A stretch of 64,000 bases of DNA from Muribaculaceae bacterium (GTDB taxonomy: Bacteria; Bacteroidota; Bacteroidia; Bacteroidales; Muribaculaceae): the NCBI GenBank assembly GCA_017436845.1, contig JAFSCJ010000015.1:126771-190770 (forward strand), read 5' to 3'. The notes under the pieces are model-generated. The model saw nothing but the letters and a program-made list of their open reading frames with translations, did no database searches and was not told where the DNA came from. Below, piece by piece: positions 28,380 to 38,541 of the stretch. Made by a program: the position numbers and the translations under genes. Position 1 is the stretch's first letter, and each line of letters opens with the position of its first letter.

Positions 28380-30981
28380 AAATTTATTTATAGCTGTGAT
28401 ATTATGCTTCGTATGCATAGGTAGTGTGAAGGGGCAAACAACAACACAGATTTCCGGAACAATAAAAAATGTAATTGGAAATGGTGTTGCAGATGTTAAT
28501 GTCTATGTCTCGCGAGTAGAACAGAAGTATAGTGTGTTTGCCTCTTGTTTAAGTGGTACAGATGGCTCTTTCACATTATCGTTCAAAGCTCCAGTTGATA
28601 GTGTATGTATTAATGTCTCAGGATTGAATATTACGCCGACTAGCGTTATATGTGACAACAAGTCGCAGCATAGAGATATAATTGTCGATGAAAAGGCGCA
28701 AGAAATAGATGAAGTGGTAGTTCGTGCTCCAAAAATATATTCTAAAGGCGACACAATAAGCTATTATGTGGCATCATTCCAATCTAAAAATGACATTTCC
28801 ATTGGTCAGGTTCTAAGACGTCTGCCGGGCATAACTGTATCAGATGCAGGACAGATCTCATACAAGGGACAACCTATCAAAAACTTCTATATCGAGGGTC
28901 TTGACCTTATGAAAGGTCGATACGGTATTGCCACAAACAATATCGATCCAAACAGCATCAGTACGATCGAGGTTTTGGAAAGCCATCAGGACATCAAGGC
29001 ATTGAAAGATCTAAAGCCAGAAGAGAGAGCATCAATAAACCTCAAGCTCAAAAGCGGCGTAAAGGGAGTGTTCAATCTGATTGCTACTCTTGGAGGAGGA
29101 TATGAAGATAAATTGCTTTGGGACAATGAAGTTATAGCTACATATTTTCAGAGAAACAGCCAATTGCTTGCCACATATAAGGGTAATAATTCTGGAAGTG
29201 ACCTTGAAACTGAACTACGTTCATTTGACGATTATGATTATTCCAGGACATCTACTATTTCAGATATTGCAATACCTGCCTCTCCAGGAATAAACAAAAG
29301 ATACTATTATTTCAATCAATCACATTCTGCAACATACAACCAAGTGTTTCGTGTGGGCAAGAATGGTGAACTTGGAATTAATGCAGCTTATCTTAATGAT
29401 CAGGATGAACGTAGCAATCAATCTGTAACTACGACACTTCTTCCTGATGGGTCAAAGAATGTTGTTGACGAACGCTTCAATGGTATTCTCCATAGAAATA
29501 TTGCCAATGGTAATATTACCTATATGCAGAATACCGAGAGAAACTACATTAAGGAACAGTTGAAATTTGATTGGCTATCAACGGATGGCCATAGTAATAT
29601 CTATGCAGGAGAAGATATTGCACAGGAGAATAATGTTGAGAACTACCGACTGCATAACCTATTCCATTTGACCAGTAGAACAGGAAGTGACAAAGGTGTT
29701 GAGTTTCTGTCTAAAATTAATCTTGAAAAGAGACCACATAGCTTATCTGTTGCTCCCAATCTGTTTCCTGATATAATTATGTCTGAACAAATGTTTCAGT
29801 CTGCTGAACGTAGAAATATATCAACTGAAAATCGGCTCGATTTCTTATCTGCAATAGTCTGGGGTAATCTCCAAATTCATCCTACTATATTCTTGGATTA
29901 TTCACATAATGGATTGACAAGTAACTTGGATACATATCGCAATGATTTGCGTTTGACTTCTATCAATACCGGTATTGGTATTATTGCGAATTATAGGATA
30001 AAGAGATTCTATGCGGACTTATATGTTACTGGTAACTACAGATATTTCAATCTGAATAACAAAGATACAGATATTGACACGGACAAACACCGTTTTGTTG
30101 TAGAACCACATCTTACTTTGAAATATGATATAGATGGGATAAATGAACTTCGTTTTAATGCAAGTCTAAGTCACTCAAATCCTGCAATCGAGAACCTATA
30201 CGATCAATATATTCTAACATCATATAGACAATTGTCTGTGTATGAGAATAACGAACTATACCAGTCTCAAGTGCAGAATTACACATTGTCATATGATTAC
30301 AAAAACATCGTTTCAATGCTGTTCTTTGGAATTGATGTGGGTTGGACTCATAATCGTCCAGATGTTCTTTATGGCAGTTATTATGATGGAATATCGGAGA
30401 GAATTACCAGCATCAAAACCAATGAGACAATGGATGTCTTCTCTGCAAAGTTACGAGCAAATAAAGGCTTTGACTGGAAGAGACTCAAAATTGGTGCCGA
30501 ATGTGGTTATAGTTATTACGATAGTCCAATTCTATTGCAGAATGAGATTATTCGATATAATGGCAATTCGCTTAGTGCAAAGTTGGATATAACTCTAACG
30601 CCATTCCAATGGCTGTCGTTCAGTTATGATGGGTCATATTATCAGTCTCAGACACGAATGAAAAACGGTGGAGATATGCCTCTGTTGAGAACTATAAGCA
30701 ATAATGCTTCATTGGAATTCTATCTGCCGTATGATATAACACTTGGGGCAAGTGCCTCACACTATTACAACAATCTGAACAATGATGATGGATCATTTTT
30801 GCTTGGTGAAGCCAACATCAAATACACATATAAAAGATGGTCATTTACCCTCTCCTGTGACAACATCTTCAACAAGAAGAGTTATGTGTATTCAATATCA
30901 AATGGTTTGACAGAGAATACTTCGATTTATCATATTAGACCTCGAAGCATCCTACTGAAAATACGATGCAGAATATTTTAA
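28375..30981 (+). CDS. TonB-dependent-receptor-like outer-membrane beta-barrel protein (CarboxypepD_reg-like domain, plug, barrel; OMP_b-brl_3-like)
   Basis: Signal peptide MRNLFIAVILCFVCIGSVKGQ. ISGTIKNVIGNGVADVNVYV (regulatory-like domain). TonB-box-like IDEVVVRAP. Plug-like ISIGQVLRRLPGITV...IEVLESHQ. C-terminal Phe (RCRIF). ATG 28375 is preferred over 28363. Confidence 0.8.
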   Translation: MRNLFIAVILCFVCIGSVKGQTTTQISGTIKNVIGNGVADVNVYVSRVEQKYSVFASCLSGTDGSFTLSFKAPVDSVCINVSGLNITPTSVICDNKSQHRDIIVDEKAQEIDEVVVRAPKIYSKGDTISYYVASFQSKNDISIGQVLRRLPGITVSDAGQISYKGQPIKNFYIEGLDLMKGRYGIATNNIDPNSISTIEVLESHQDIKALKDLKPEERASINLKLKSGVKGVFNLIATLGGGYEDKLLWDNEVIATYFQRNSQLLATYKGNNSGSDLETELRSFDDYDYSRTSTISDIAIPASPGINKRYYYFNQSHSATYNQVFRVGKNGELGINAAYLNDQDERSNQSVTTTLLPDGSKNVVDERFNGILHRNIANGNITYMQNTERNYIKEQLKFDWLSTDGHSNIYAGEDIAQENNVENYRLHNLFHLTSRTGSDKGVEFLSKINLEKRPHSLSVAPNLFPDIIMSEQMFQSAERRNISTENRLDFLSAIVWGNLQIHPTIFLDYSHNGLTSNLDTYRNDLRLTSINTGIGIIANYRIKRFYADLYVTGNYRYFNLNNKDTDIDTDKHRFVVEPHLTLKYDIDGINELRFNASLSHSNPAIENLYDQYILTSYRQLSVYENNELYQSQVQNYTLSYDYKNIVSMLFFGIDVGWTHNRPDVLYGSYYDGISERITSIKTNETMDVFSAKLRANKGFDWKRLKIGAECGYSYYDSPILLQNEIIRYNGNSLSAKLDITLTPFQWLSFSYDGSYYQSQTRMKNGGDMPLLRTISNNASLEFYLPYDITLGASASHYYNNLNNDDGSFLLGEANIKYTYKRWSFTLSCDNIFNKKSYVYSISNGLTENTSIYHIRPRSILLKIRCRIF

Positions 30982-30998
30982 ATAAATATATATTAATT

Positions 30999-31838
30999 AT
31001 GAAACAATATTATTTACTGATTTTGGCAACTTGTATAAATCTAAATGCGAATGCAGAATTAGCCCCTACTCCGCAACCTTTGGGGAATTTTGAAACCATA
31101 GAAGCATCCAAGTACGAAGTAAGGTATTCTTTCCGATTTAAGAAGCATAATACAGATAAAGAGTATTTGGAAGATACCCGTGTGCTACAAATAGGAGATG
31201 GATTAGTTAAAGAGTATAGTGACATCATCTATCACTTTGATTCTTTGGCTACTGAAAACTTCAGGAAAGGACTACCTACTTCATCAAATACTAATGAGAC
31301 TTTGCCTTGTGAGATATTCAATTATCATAAGAGGAAAGGAATAAAAGTTAAATATCGACTTATGCTTAATGGCGGAGTATTATGTTATGATGACCGGTAT
31401 CCGTCATTTGATTGGAAGTTTTCGGAGGATGCCCCAATGGAGATTATGGGATACTCCTGCGGTAAGGCTACAGTAAATTTTGCCGGTAGAGAATACTCCG
31501 TATGGTATACAACGGATATTCCTCTACCATATGGTCCGTATAAATTTTATGGTTTGCCTGGACTTATATTGAGAGTAGAAGAAAGTAATGGAATGTATAT
31601 ATGGGAGGTCTTCAGTGTAGTCAAGTCTTCTGCACCAATAAATATTTACACTTATGAAAAGGAGATTAAATGTAATCGCCAAGATGCTAATAAAACAATC
31701 GGAAGAATGATGAGAAAACCTTTAACCTTCTTATCTTCATCTGGAACGAAAATTATGGTAGCTCGTAGTGATGGCTCATTTGGTGCTCCGTCAAATAATG
31801 AGCAAGAGAATTTATATGAACCTATAGAATTGGAATAA
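30999..31838 (+). CDS. GLPGLI family protein (secreted, unknown function)
   Basis: Signal peptide MKQYYLLILATCINLNANA and the literal family motif in YKFYGLPGLILRVEE. It starts 17 nt after the barrel gene stop. Confidence 0.8.
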   Translation: MKQYYLLILATCINLNANAELAPTPQPLGNFETIEASKYEVRYSFRFKKHNTDKEYLEDTRVLQIGDGLVKEYSDIIYHFDSLATENFRKGLPTSSNTNETLPCEIFNYHKRKGIKVKYRLMLNGGVLCYDDRYPSFDWKFSEDAPMEIMGYSCGKATVNFAGREYSVWYTTDIPLPYGPYKFYGLPGLILRVEESNGMYIWEVFSVVKSSAPINIYTYEKEIKCNRQDANKTIGRMMRKPLTFLSSSGTKIMVARSDGSFGAPSNNEQENLYEPIELE

Positions 31839-31839
31839 T

Positions 31840-32985
31840 ATGATACGAAATTTTATTTATAGGATTGCTATTTGTTGTAGTTGTTTATTAGCAGGATGCT
31901 TGTGTTGTTCTTCAAAAAATGATATTCAACAGATTAAACCAACTGTTGAAATTTTGCAAATAGATTCAATGCCAGATATTAAGATTTTATCAGAGATTAG
32001 AGTCCGAAATAATCTAGTATATCTAACATATGAAAGCAGAGGCGAGTATGGTCAACGACACGTAAAGCAATATACCTGCAATGAAGAGACTGGAACTCTA
32101 AATTATGATAAGGAGTTTTTCAAGAAGGATAATGGATATTATCAATTATTTGCACCGTCTCTCTTTGAAGATAACAATGGAGTCATGTATGTGTATGATA
32201 GGGATATACCATCTATTTCAATTGTAGATGCTGATGGAATGGCAAATTCAACAGGTAAGCATCTTATTACAACCTCTGCAAAAGCGCCATATACATTGGT
32301 GCAAGAGGCACGACAAGCATTTTATAAATCTTCCGATGAGTATCTGTTTATTGGTCGAGAACCATACGGAGGCACACAAGCCCTTTTTATATCACATAAT
32401 AATACGGATTCAATAAGTATCAATGAGGTTTGCAAAATTGTATATGACGAAGATAGACCATCTTGGATAATAAACTTTGGCAAAGCTGCCTACAACCACG
32501 AAAATCAAATCGTTGCTTATGCTTATCAGCTTTATCCAGTAGTACAATTTATAGATTTGAAAAATAATGATTTATACACTCTTGTATTACCCAATATAAG
32601 CACCGATAGCATAGTTACAGAAGGTACTGATATTTGGGAACAGAATCCAGTACAATTCAAAGATATTACATCTAACAAAAGATTCTTCTACGCGCTATAT
32701 TTGGGTAAAACCTTGTCCGATATTCATAATGAACGGCAATCAGGGAAAGAGGAGTCAAAGATAATTAAATTTGATTACTGTGGACAAGTTATAGCAATAT
32801 ACACGATTGATAGATGTTTAGAATCAATTGGAGTTTCAAATGATGACTCTTACATAATTGGATATGACTCTGCAAAAAATAATTCAGGCTTAACTGTAAA
32901 AAATCAGGCGACACCCATAAGTGAATGTCGCCTTTATATGATCCACACCAAAGGATGCGATGAAACTCCGAATGACAGGATTTGA
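31840..32985 (+). CDS. lipoprotein, beta-propeller-like (resembles the Bacteroides BF3164 / TolB-like 6-bladed propeller family); the 3' tail may be read-through
   Basis: Lipobox LLAGC. Repetitive beta-rich sequence with an FFYALYLGK-type motif. It starts 1 nt after the GLPGLI stop. A terminator-like hairpin lies inside the last 80 nt of the ORF. Confidence 0.65.
   Translation: MIRNFIYRIAICCSCLLAGCLCCSSKNDIQQIKPTVEILQIDSMPDIKILSEIRVRNNLVYLTYESRGEYGQRHVKQYTCNEETGTLNYDKEFFKKDNGYYQLFAPSLFEDNNGVMYVYDRDIPSISIVDADGMANSTGKHLITTSAKAPYTLVQEARQAFYKSSDEYLFIGREPYGGTQALFISHNNTDSISINEVCKIVYDEDRPSWIINFGKAAYNHENQIVAYAYQLYPVVQFIDLKNNDLYTLVLPNISTDSIVTEGTDIWEQNPVQFKDITSNKRFFYALYLGKTLSDIHNERQSGKEESKIIKFDYCGQVIAIYTIDRCLESIGVSNDDSYIIGYDSAKNNSGLTVKNQATPISECRLYMIHTKGCDETPNDRI
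32907..32940 (+). terminator. terminator-like hairpin inside the 3' end of the lipoprotein ORF
   Basis: GGCGACA (32907-32913) pairs with TGTCGCC (32926-32932), with a 12-nt loop, followed by tttatatg. Confidence 0.4.
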
Positions 32986-33265
32986 GTGCTCACAGTCCTT
33001 TGTAATCCGCCTGAGTTGAAAACTTTTCCTAAAAGGAATGGGGCCCGCCATTGAACTGCTAAGCTTGTCTCGGTATTTCGATAAAAATTGATGAGTTTCC
33101 CAATCAACTTTGATGTGGTTATATTAATCATTAATTAAGCACTCTTGCTTATTTTTATAACACAAAATTAATTTCTAAAGTTCAATTTTGCAATATTTCC
33201 AATGGATTTTTATGAGTTTAAATGTTTTTTTAAGTACCTGGTTTATTTATCTGTAAGATATTTTA

Positions 33266-33273
33266 TACCTTTG
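33266..33273 (+). promoter_or_regulatory. -7 promoter box (TAccTTTG) for the Crp/Fnr-family gene
   Basis: Exact TAnnTTTG match 30 nt upstream of ATG 33303. Confidence 0.45.
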
Positions 33274-33302
33274 TGCTATAAAACATATTTGTCAGGCATA
33301 AA

Positions 33303-34001
33303 ATGATAAAGAGTACTCTTGAACAAGTAATAAGTGAGGATCTCGCAGAAATTTGGTCTATATTAGATAATGAGGAGAAACGACTCGTTATCGATAACTT
33401 TATAATACATGAATTTAAGAAAAACCAAATAATATACGCAGAAGGAGAATCCCCTGAATTCTTATGGTGTTTATTAAAAGGTAAAGTAAAAAAATTTAAA
33501 GATGGGATTGGCGGTCGTCAACAAATTTTGCGTTTGCATAGACCTGTCCAATATTTTGGCTATCGTGCCTACTTTGCTAAAGAGCGATATGTATCAAGCG
33601 CAGCTGCCTTTGAACCATCGACGATAGGAGCAGTTCCGTTAAAATTAGTTGAGGATTTAATACACAAAAATATTAACTTGGCGTGGTTTTTTATACATGA
33701 ATTATCTCGCAATTTAGGCGGTTCAGATGAAAAAATTGTTAATCTTACACAAAAACATATTCGTGGGCGTTTGGCTGAAGCGCTAATTATATTGAAAGAT
33801 AGTTATGGGTATGAAGATGACGAATCTACATTACGGATATATATGGCAAGAGAAGATTTAGCAAATCTATCTAATATGACAACGTCAAACGCAATACGTA
33901 CGTTAACAAGTTTTGTTAATGAGAAAATAATTGCAGTGGATGGGCGTAGGATAAAGATAATTAATGAACAAATGTTACGTAAAATTTCTAAATTTGGTTA
34001 G
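33303..34001 (+). CDS. Crp/Fnr family transcriptional regulator
   Basis: N-terminal cNMP-binding-like barrel (IIYAEGESPEFLWCLLKGKVK) and C-terminal HTH (REDLANLSNMTTSNAIRTLTSF). 232 aa. No N-terminal Cys cluster, so not a classical FNR. Confidence 0.85.
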   Translation: MIKSTLEQVISEDLAEIWSILDNEEKRLVIDNFIIHEFKKNQIIYAEGESPEFLWCLLKGKVKKFKDGIGGRQQILRLHRPVQYFGYRAYFAKERYVSSAAAFEPSTIGAVPLKLVEDLIHKNINLAWFFIHELSRNLGGSDEKIVNLTQKHIRGRLAEALIILKDSYGYEDDESTLRIYMAREDLANLSNMTTSNAIRTLTSFVNEKIIAVDGRRIKIINEQMLRKISKFG

Positions 34002-34987
34002 AGTTTTGTTCTTATTATTTTGCCTGAATTTGTCCGACTAAATCTTTCAGCCATAATTACCTTTTTAGGGATATAAAAACGATTTTTAAGCACCTTTTTA
34101 ATATTTGCGTTTAATTCGTCAATATTAATATTGGTGCTTTCAATATATAATGTTACTGCCTCACCCCATTTTTCATCAGATGTTGATGTTATATAAAAGG
34201 GTACATGTATTATATCTGACAATAACTTTTCAATTTCCTCTGGAAATATTTTGATACCACCACTATTTATGACATTATCCCATCTACCTATCCATTTAAA
34301 ATGAGTGTTATCTACTAATTCGACAATGTCATTTGTTATAATTTCCTTAAATGTAAACTCAGGGGCAGAAACCATTAAACATTGACGATTATCAACATTA
34401 AAGTTATAACCGGGTAAACTTTCATAGAGTTCATTACCTTTAACTATTTTTCGTAGCGCAATATGGCTACAAGTTTCAGTCATACCATATGTGGCATAAC
34501 AATTTAATCCTGATTTTAATATTTCTTTTTCTACATTTATTGGAATAGCACCACCACCAATTATTATATTTCTTAGATTTCTTGCATAGGGTAATTTGAT
34601 TAATGTGCTAATTTGTGATGGGACAATAGGGATTAAATCTATTATCCCATAATCTTGTTTAATAGGGTTATTACTGGGCGTCTCTATAAATAATTCAGCA
34701 CCAGAAACAATTGCTCGAAGAATCATCATTTTCCCTGCTATATAATTGGGGGACAAGGGCAAAAGCAACTTTGATTTTTCGGTTATTCCAAAATATTTAC
34801 ACGTTGCAAGTGCTGATTTTGTCATATCTCTTTTTGATAGACAAATGTTTTTTGGAGCTCCGGTAGAACCAGATGTGTGAGCGATGATATAGTCCTTTTC
34901 GTTACACCATTCCTCTATGAACAATTTTACTGAATCATCAGTATAATGAATTATGGCATTATCCAATTTAATGATGGCATTTCCCAT
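33998..34987 (-). CDS. menE: O-succinylbenzoate-CoA ligase (short form)
   Basis: AMP-binding motifs HTSGSTGAPK and YGMTET, with a terminal SGKIIR lysine. Last gene of the men operon. Confidence 0.85.
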   Translation of the reverse strand: MGNAIIKLDNAIIHYTDDSVKLFIEEWCNEKDYIIAHTSGSTGAPKNICLSKRDMTKSALATCKYFGITEKSKLLLPLSPNYIAGKMMILRAIVSGAELFIETPSNNPIKQDYGIIDLIPIVPSQISTLIKLPYARNLRNIIIGGGAIPINVEKEILKSGLNCYATYGMTETCSHIALRKIVKGNELYESLPGYNFNVDNRQCLMVSAPEFTFKEIITNDIVELVDNTHFKWIGRWDNVINSGGIKIFPEEIEKLLSDIIHVPFYITSTSDEKWGEAVTLYIESTNINIDELNANIKKVLKNRFYIPKKVIMAERFSRTNSGKIIRTKL

Positions 34988-36006
34988 TGCAACGTTGGAT
35001 TATAATGTAACACATCTCGTTCTTGAACAAGAGGAGAACTGAAGTTATTACTATACAGTTGACCTGTTCCTAAACCCTGAGGCAGTTTGATGTTATAAGT
35101 AGATATCCATTGAGCTATTGCATTAAGTCCTATATTTGATTCAAGAGCAGAAGTCGCCCACCAACCTATATTGAATTTATCTGCTAATGAAATCCATTCA
35201 TCTGCACCAGAAAACCCACCGCATAAAGCCGGCTTAAGAATTATGTATTGAGGGTTAATTTTTTTTAATAATGATTCTTTTTGCTTGGAGTCATATACAC
35301 CTATTAATTCTTCGTCCAATGCAATGGGGATTGGTGTGTTTAGACATAATTCCGACATAGCTTCCCATTGTCCGGATTTTATTGGTTGTTCAATCGAATG
35401 TATTGAGTATTTAGATAATTCGTTTAATTTAATTAGTGCGTTATTTGGCGAAAATGCGCCATTTGCATCAAGTCGCAATTCTAAAATTTCAGGTGGAAAC
35501 TTTGAACGGATATACTTAATTAATTCAATTTCTTTTTCAAAATCGATGCCTCCAATTTTTAATTTTAGACAGTGAAAACCTACATGTAATTTCTCATTTA
35601 TTCTATTGTACATCTCTTCAAATGAGCCCATCCAAATGAGCCCATTTATCTTAATATCATTGTTACCATTAATCCATTCTGATGGGAAAATCACTCGTTC
35701 CCCGTTATTTACTAAATCATTGAATGCTGTTTCAACGCCAAACTTAATTGAACTATATTCCTTATAGTTTGAACTATTATAACTTGAGATATTGCGACAT
35801 ACATTAGATAATATCTTTTCATAGTCATCAGAATCTTCATGGCTAAGTCCACGAAATAATGCACACTCCCCCATTCCAACAATGTTTGGTTTTTCACTAT
35901 TCCAAACTTTAATGAAATAAGTTTCTTTTGTCGTCATCACTTCTCGGGAGGTAACTGCCTGCTGATGAAATATAAGATTATATTTGCAATATGCAGCTTT
36001 AATCAT
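34951..36006 (-). CDS. menC: o-succinylbenzoate synthase
   Basis: Enolase-superfamily residues in LKLKIGG, RLDANGAF, IEQP, LDEE and ILKP. In men operon context. Confidence 0.88.
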   Translation of the reverse strand: MIKAAYCKYNLIFHQQAVTSREVMTTKETYFIKVWNSEKPNIVGMGECALFRGLSHEDSDDYEKILSNVCRNISSYNSSNYKEYSSIKFGVETAFNDLVNNGERVIFPSEWINGNNDIKINGLIWMGSFEEMYNRINEKLHVGFHCLKLKIGGIDFEKEIELIKYIRSKFPPEILELRLDANGAFSPNNALIKLNELSKYSIHSIEQPIKSGQWEAMSELCLNTPIPIALDEELIGVYDSKQKESLLKKINPQYIILKPALCGGFSGADEWISLADKFNIGWWATSALESNIGLNAIAQWISTYNIKLPQGLGTGQLYSNNFSSPLVQERDVLHYNPTLQWEMPSLNWIMP

Positions 36007-36007
36007 T

Positions 36008-36832
36008 TTAGCCGGGGAATTTGGGGAATTTTTGGAAGTCAGGATGTCGTTTTTCTAAAAATGCATTCTTCCCTTCTTGAGCTTCTTCCATTAAATAATA
36101 CATCAACGTTGCATCACCGGCAAACTCCATCATTCCACGTTGTCCGTCAAGTTCTGCATTCAATGCACGTTTAATCATACGTATTGCCATGGGGCTACGC
36201 TGTAAGATTGTTTGGCACCACTCTACCGTCTCATCCTCGAGTTTATCAAATGGGACAACTTTATTTACCAGTCCCATTTCTTCAGCTTCATGTGCAGTAT
36301 ATTGGCGACATAAAAACCAAATTTCTCTAGCTTTCTTTTGTCCTACACATCGAGCTAAATAAGATGATCCAAAACCAGCATCGAAACTGCCAACTTTAGG
36401 ACCTGTCTGCCCAAATCGAGCATTTTCAGACGCTATTGTTAAGTCACATACAACGTGCAACACATGACCTCCTCCGATTGCATATCCATTAACCATTGCA
36501 ATTACAGGCTTAGGAATCGAGCGAATTGCTTTGTGCAAGTCCAATACATTAAGACGAGGCACTCCGTTTTCATCAATGTAGCCACCTATCCCTTTAACTT
36601 TTTGGTCTCCACCTGAACAAAATGCTTTATCTCCTATTCCAGTAAGTATTATTACTCCAATGTCATTACATTCTCTGCAATAAGCCATTGCATCAAGCAT
36701 TTCTTTGTTGGTTTGTGGACGAAATGCATTATAAACATGCGGACGATTTATTGTTATTTTTGCAATTCCTTGGTAATATTCAAATAGGATGTCTTCGTAT
36801 TCTTTTATTTTCACCCATTCTCTTGTTGCCAT
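36008..36832 (-). CDS. menB: 1,4-dihydroxy-2-naphthoyl-CoA synthase
   Basis: Crotonase fold ([26 protein letters not shown]), 274 aa. Confidence 0.93.
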   Translation of the reverse strand: MATREWVKIKEYEDILFEYYQGIAKITINRPHVYNAFRPQTNKEMLDAMAYCRECNDIGVIILTGIGDKAFCSGGDQKVKGIGGYIDENGVPRLNVLDLHKAIRSIPKPVIAMVNGYAIGGGHVLHVVCDLTIASENARFGQTGPKVGSFDAGFGSSYLARCVGQKKAREIWFLCRQYTAHEAEEMGLVNKVVPFDKLEDETVEWCQTILQRSPMAIRMIKRALNAELDGQRGMMEFAGDATLMYYLMEEAQEGKNAFLEKRHPDFQKFPKFPG

Positions 36833-36841
36833 AACTATATG

Positions 36842-38530
36842 CTATTTAAGATTAAAATAATTTCGTAATATTTCTGTACTCTTTTTGGACGGAGTATTTA
36901 CTCTTAATATTGCCGGTTTTGAATTATCATTTATGAATAATGACAAAATTTGCTCCAACTCATCGACACCTGATGCTTCATAAAAATTAAATCCATATCC
37001 TTTTGCTAATTCAGGCAATGGTAGTTTTGGTTTCAACGCAAAATATTCTTCTAATTCAGGTAAATCAGATGTAGACTTAATAAATCGAAATATTCCACCA
37101 CCACTATTATTAATAACTATCATTTTAAATTTAGGAGTGATAGCATTAACAGATAACGCACTAATATCATATTGAGCACTCATATCTCCCGTAATCAGTA
37201 ACGTTGTCCCACTATAAGCAATAGACGCACCTATAGCAGTAGAAGTACATCCATCGATTCCACTTACTCCGCGATTACAATCAATGCGATTATATATAGT
37301 TGTATTAAATAATTGAGAATATCTGATTGATGTTCCGTTTGAAATCTGCAAGTTCCATTCTTTAGGGATATTACGAAATAATATGTCAAATGCTTTCAAA
37401 TCTGACCACTGAATTTCACTAATATAACTGTTATGTAACTCTTTCGATTTTTGCGAGTAATTACGCAACATTAAAGAATAATTAGATTCATTATATGTAT
37501 GTAGCGTTATTTTGCTATTTATTTGAGTAAAGAAATCTGCCGGAGATACATTGATACGCTTTGTTAATGCTGTAAAGCAATCAATTGTAGTATCTGAAAT
37601 TCCGACATGCCAATGCTCCTGTGGCTTATTTGTGCGTAGGAATTGTTTAATATGCCTTGATACAAGTGCACCACCTATAGTAATTACAATATTAGGAGTA
37701 GTGTTAACTTTTTCTATATCAGATAAAATACTTAATGTCCTATCGATTGATGATATAAATAAATCTCCTTTTAAATTAGAAATATTTTCAGTTAATATTG
37801 CAATGTTATTATTTTTAGCCAAAGACAGTAACGCTTTATTTAAGATGCTACAAGGTTGCATAAATCCGGCAATTATCAATACCTTTTGCGATGTTTTTAT
37901 GCGTTCTACAAGTGCAGAAATCACATCCTCTGACAATATGTTTAGAGATGAAATTAATTCAATTTTTCGTTCTTTATTATTCTCTATCTCGTGTAATTTA
38001 TTTAAAGGCTCATCAAGCTGGATATTTATGTGAACAGGGGCTTTACGATTTGATGTCGCTGTTAATAATGCATCGTTCACAATTCTATTCACATACCATT
38101 TCATCGTATCTGATGAACATTCAGTGGGTATGTTATAGCTATTCTTGACATAATTGGATAATGCTTCAAATTGTCTAATCGTTTGGCTATCGTCCTGATC
38201 AATCCACTCTATAGGTCTATCGGCCGAAATTACAATCAGAGGTAATTGTCTATAGTAAGCTTCTGCTATAGCAGGTGCATAATTTAATAAAGCAGAACCT
38301 GATGTGCATATTAAAGCAACCGGTTTAGATGATATAGACGCAATCCCTAAAGCAATAAACGCAGCACTACGCTCATCTATTACGACGGTTTTATTAATCT
38401 CTTTACACCGTGCAAGTGCAACAACAATTGGCGCATTACGAGATCCTGGTGATATAATAGCATCAGATACCCCATGCTCTTTCAGTAATGAAATTAATAT
38501 ATTGCAAGATATTTTATTTGTAGTTTCCAT
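36842..38530 (-). CDS. menD: 2-succinyl-5-enolpyruvyl-6-hydroxy-3-cyclohexene-1-carboxylate synthase
   Basis: ThDP enzyme (SPGSRNAP near the N-terminus; GDMSAQYD...NNSGGGIF ThDP-binding motif). 562 aa. Confidence 0.9.
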   Translation of the reverse strand: METTNKISCNILISLLKEHGVSDAIISPGSRNAPIVVALARCKEINKTVVIDERSAAFIALGIASISSKPVALICTSGSALLNYAPAIAEAYYRQLPLIVISADRPIEWIDQDDSQTIRQFEALSNYVKNSYNIPTECSSDTMKWYVNRIVNDALLTATSNRKAPVHINIQLDEPLNKLHEIENNKERKIELISSLNILSEDVISALVERIKTSQKVLIIAGFMQPCSILNKALLSLAKNNNIAILTENISNLKGDLFISSIDRTLSILSDIEKVNTTPNIVITIGGALVSRHIKQFLRTNKPQEHWHVGISDTTIDCFTALTKRINVSPADFFTQINSKITLHTYNESNYSLMLRNYSQKSKELHNSYISEIQWSDLKAFDILFRNIPKEWNLQISNGTSIRYSQLFNTTIYNRIDCNRGVSGIDGCTSTAIGASIAYSGTTLLITGDMSAQYDISALSVNAITPKFKMIVINNSGGGIFRFIKSTSDLPELEEYFALKPKLPLPELAKGYGFNFYEASGVDELEQILSLFINDNSKPAILRVNTPSKKSTEILRNYFNLK

Positions 38531-38541
38531 GCTATATAATC

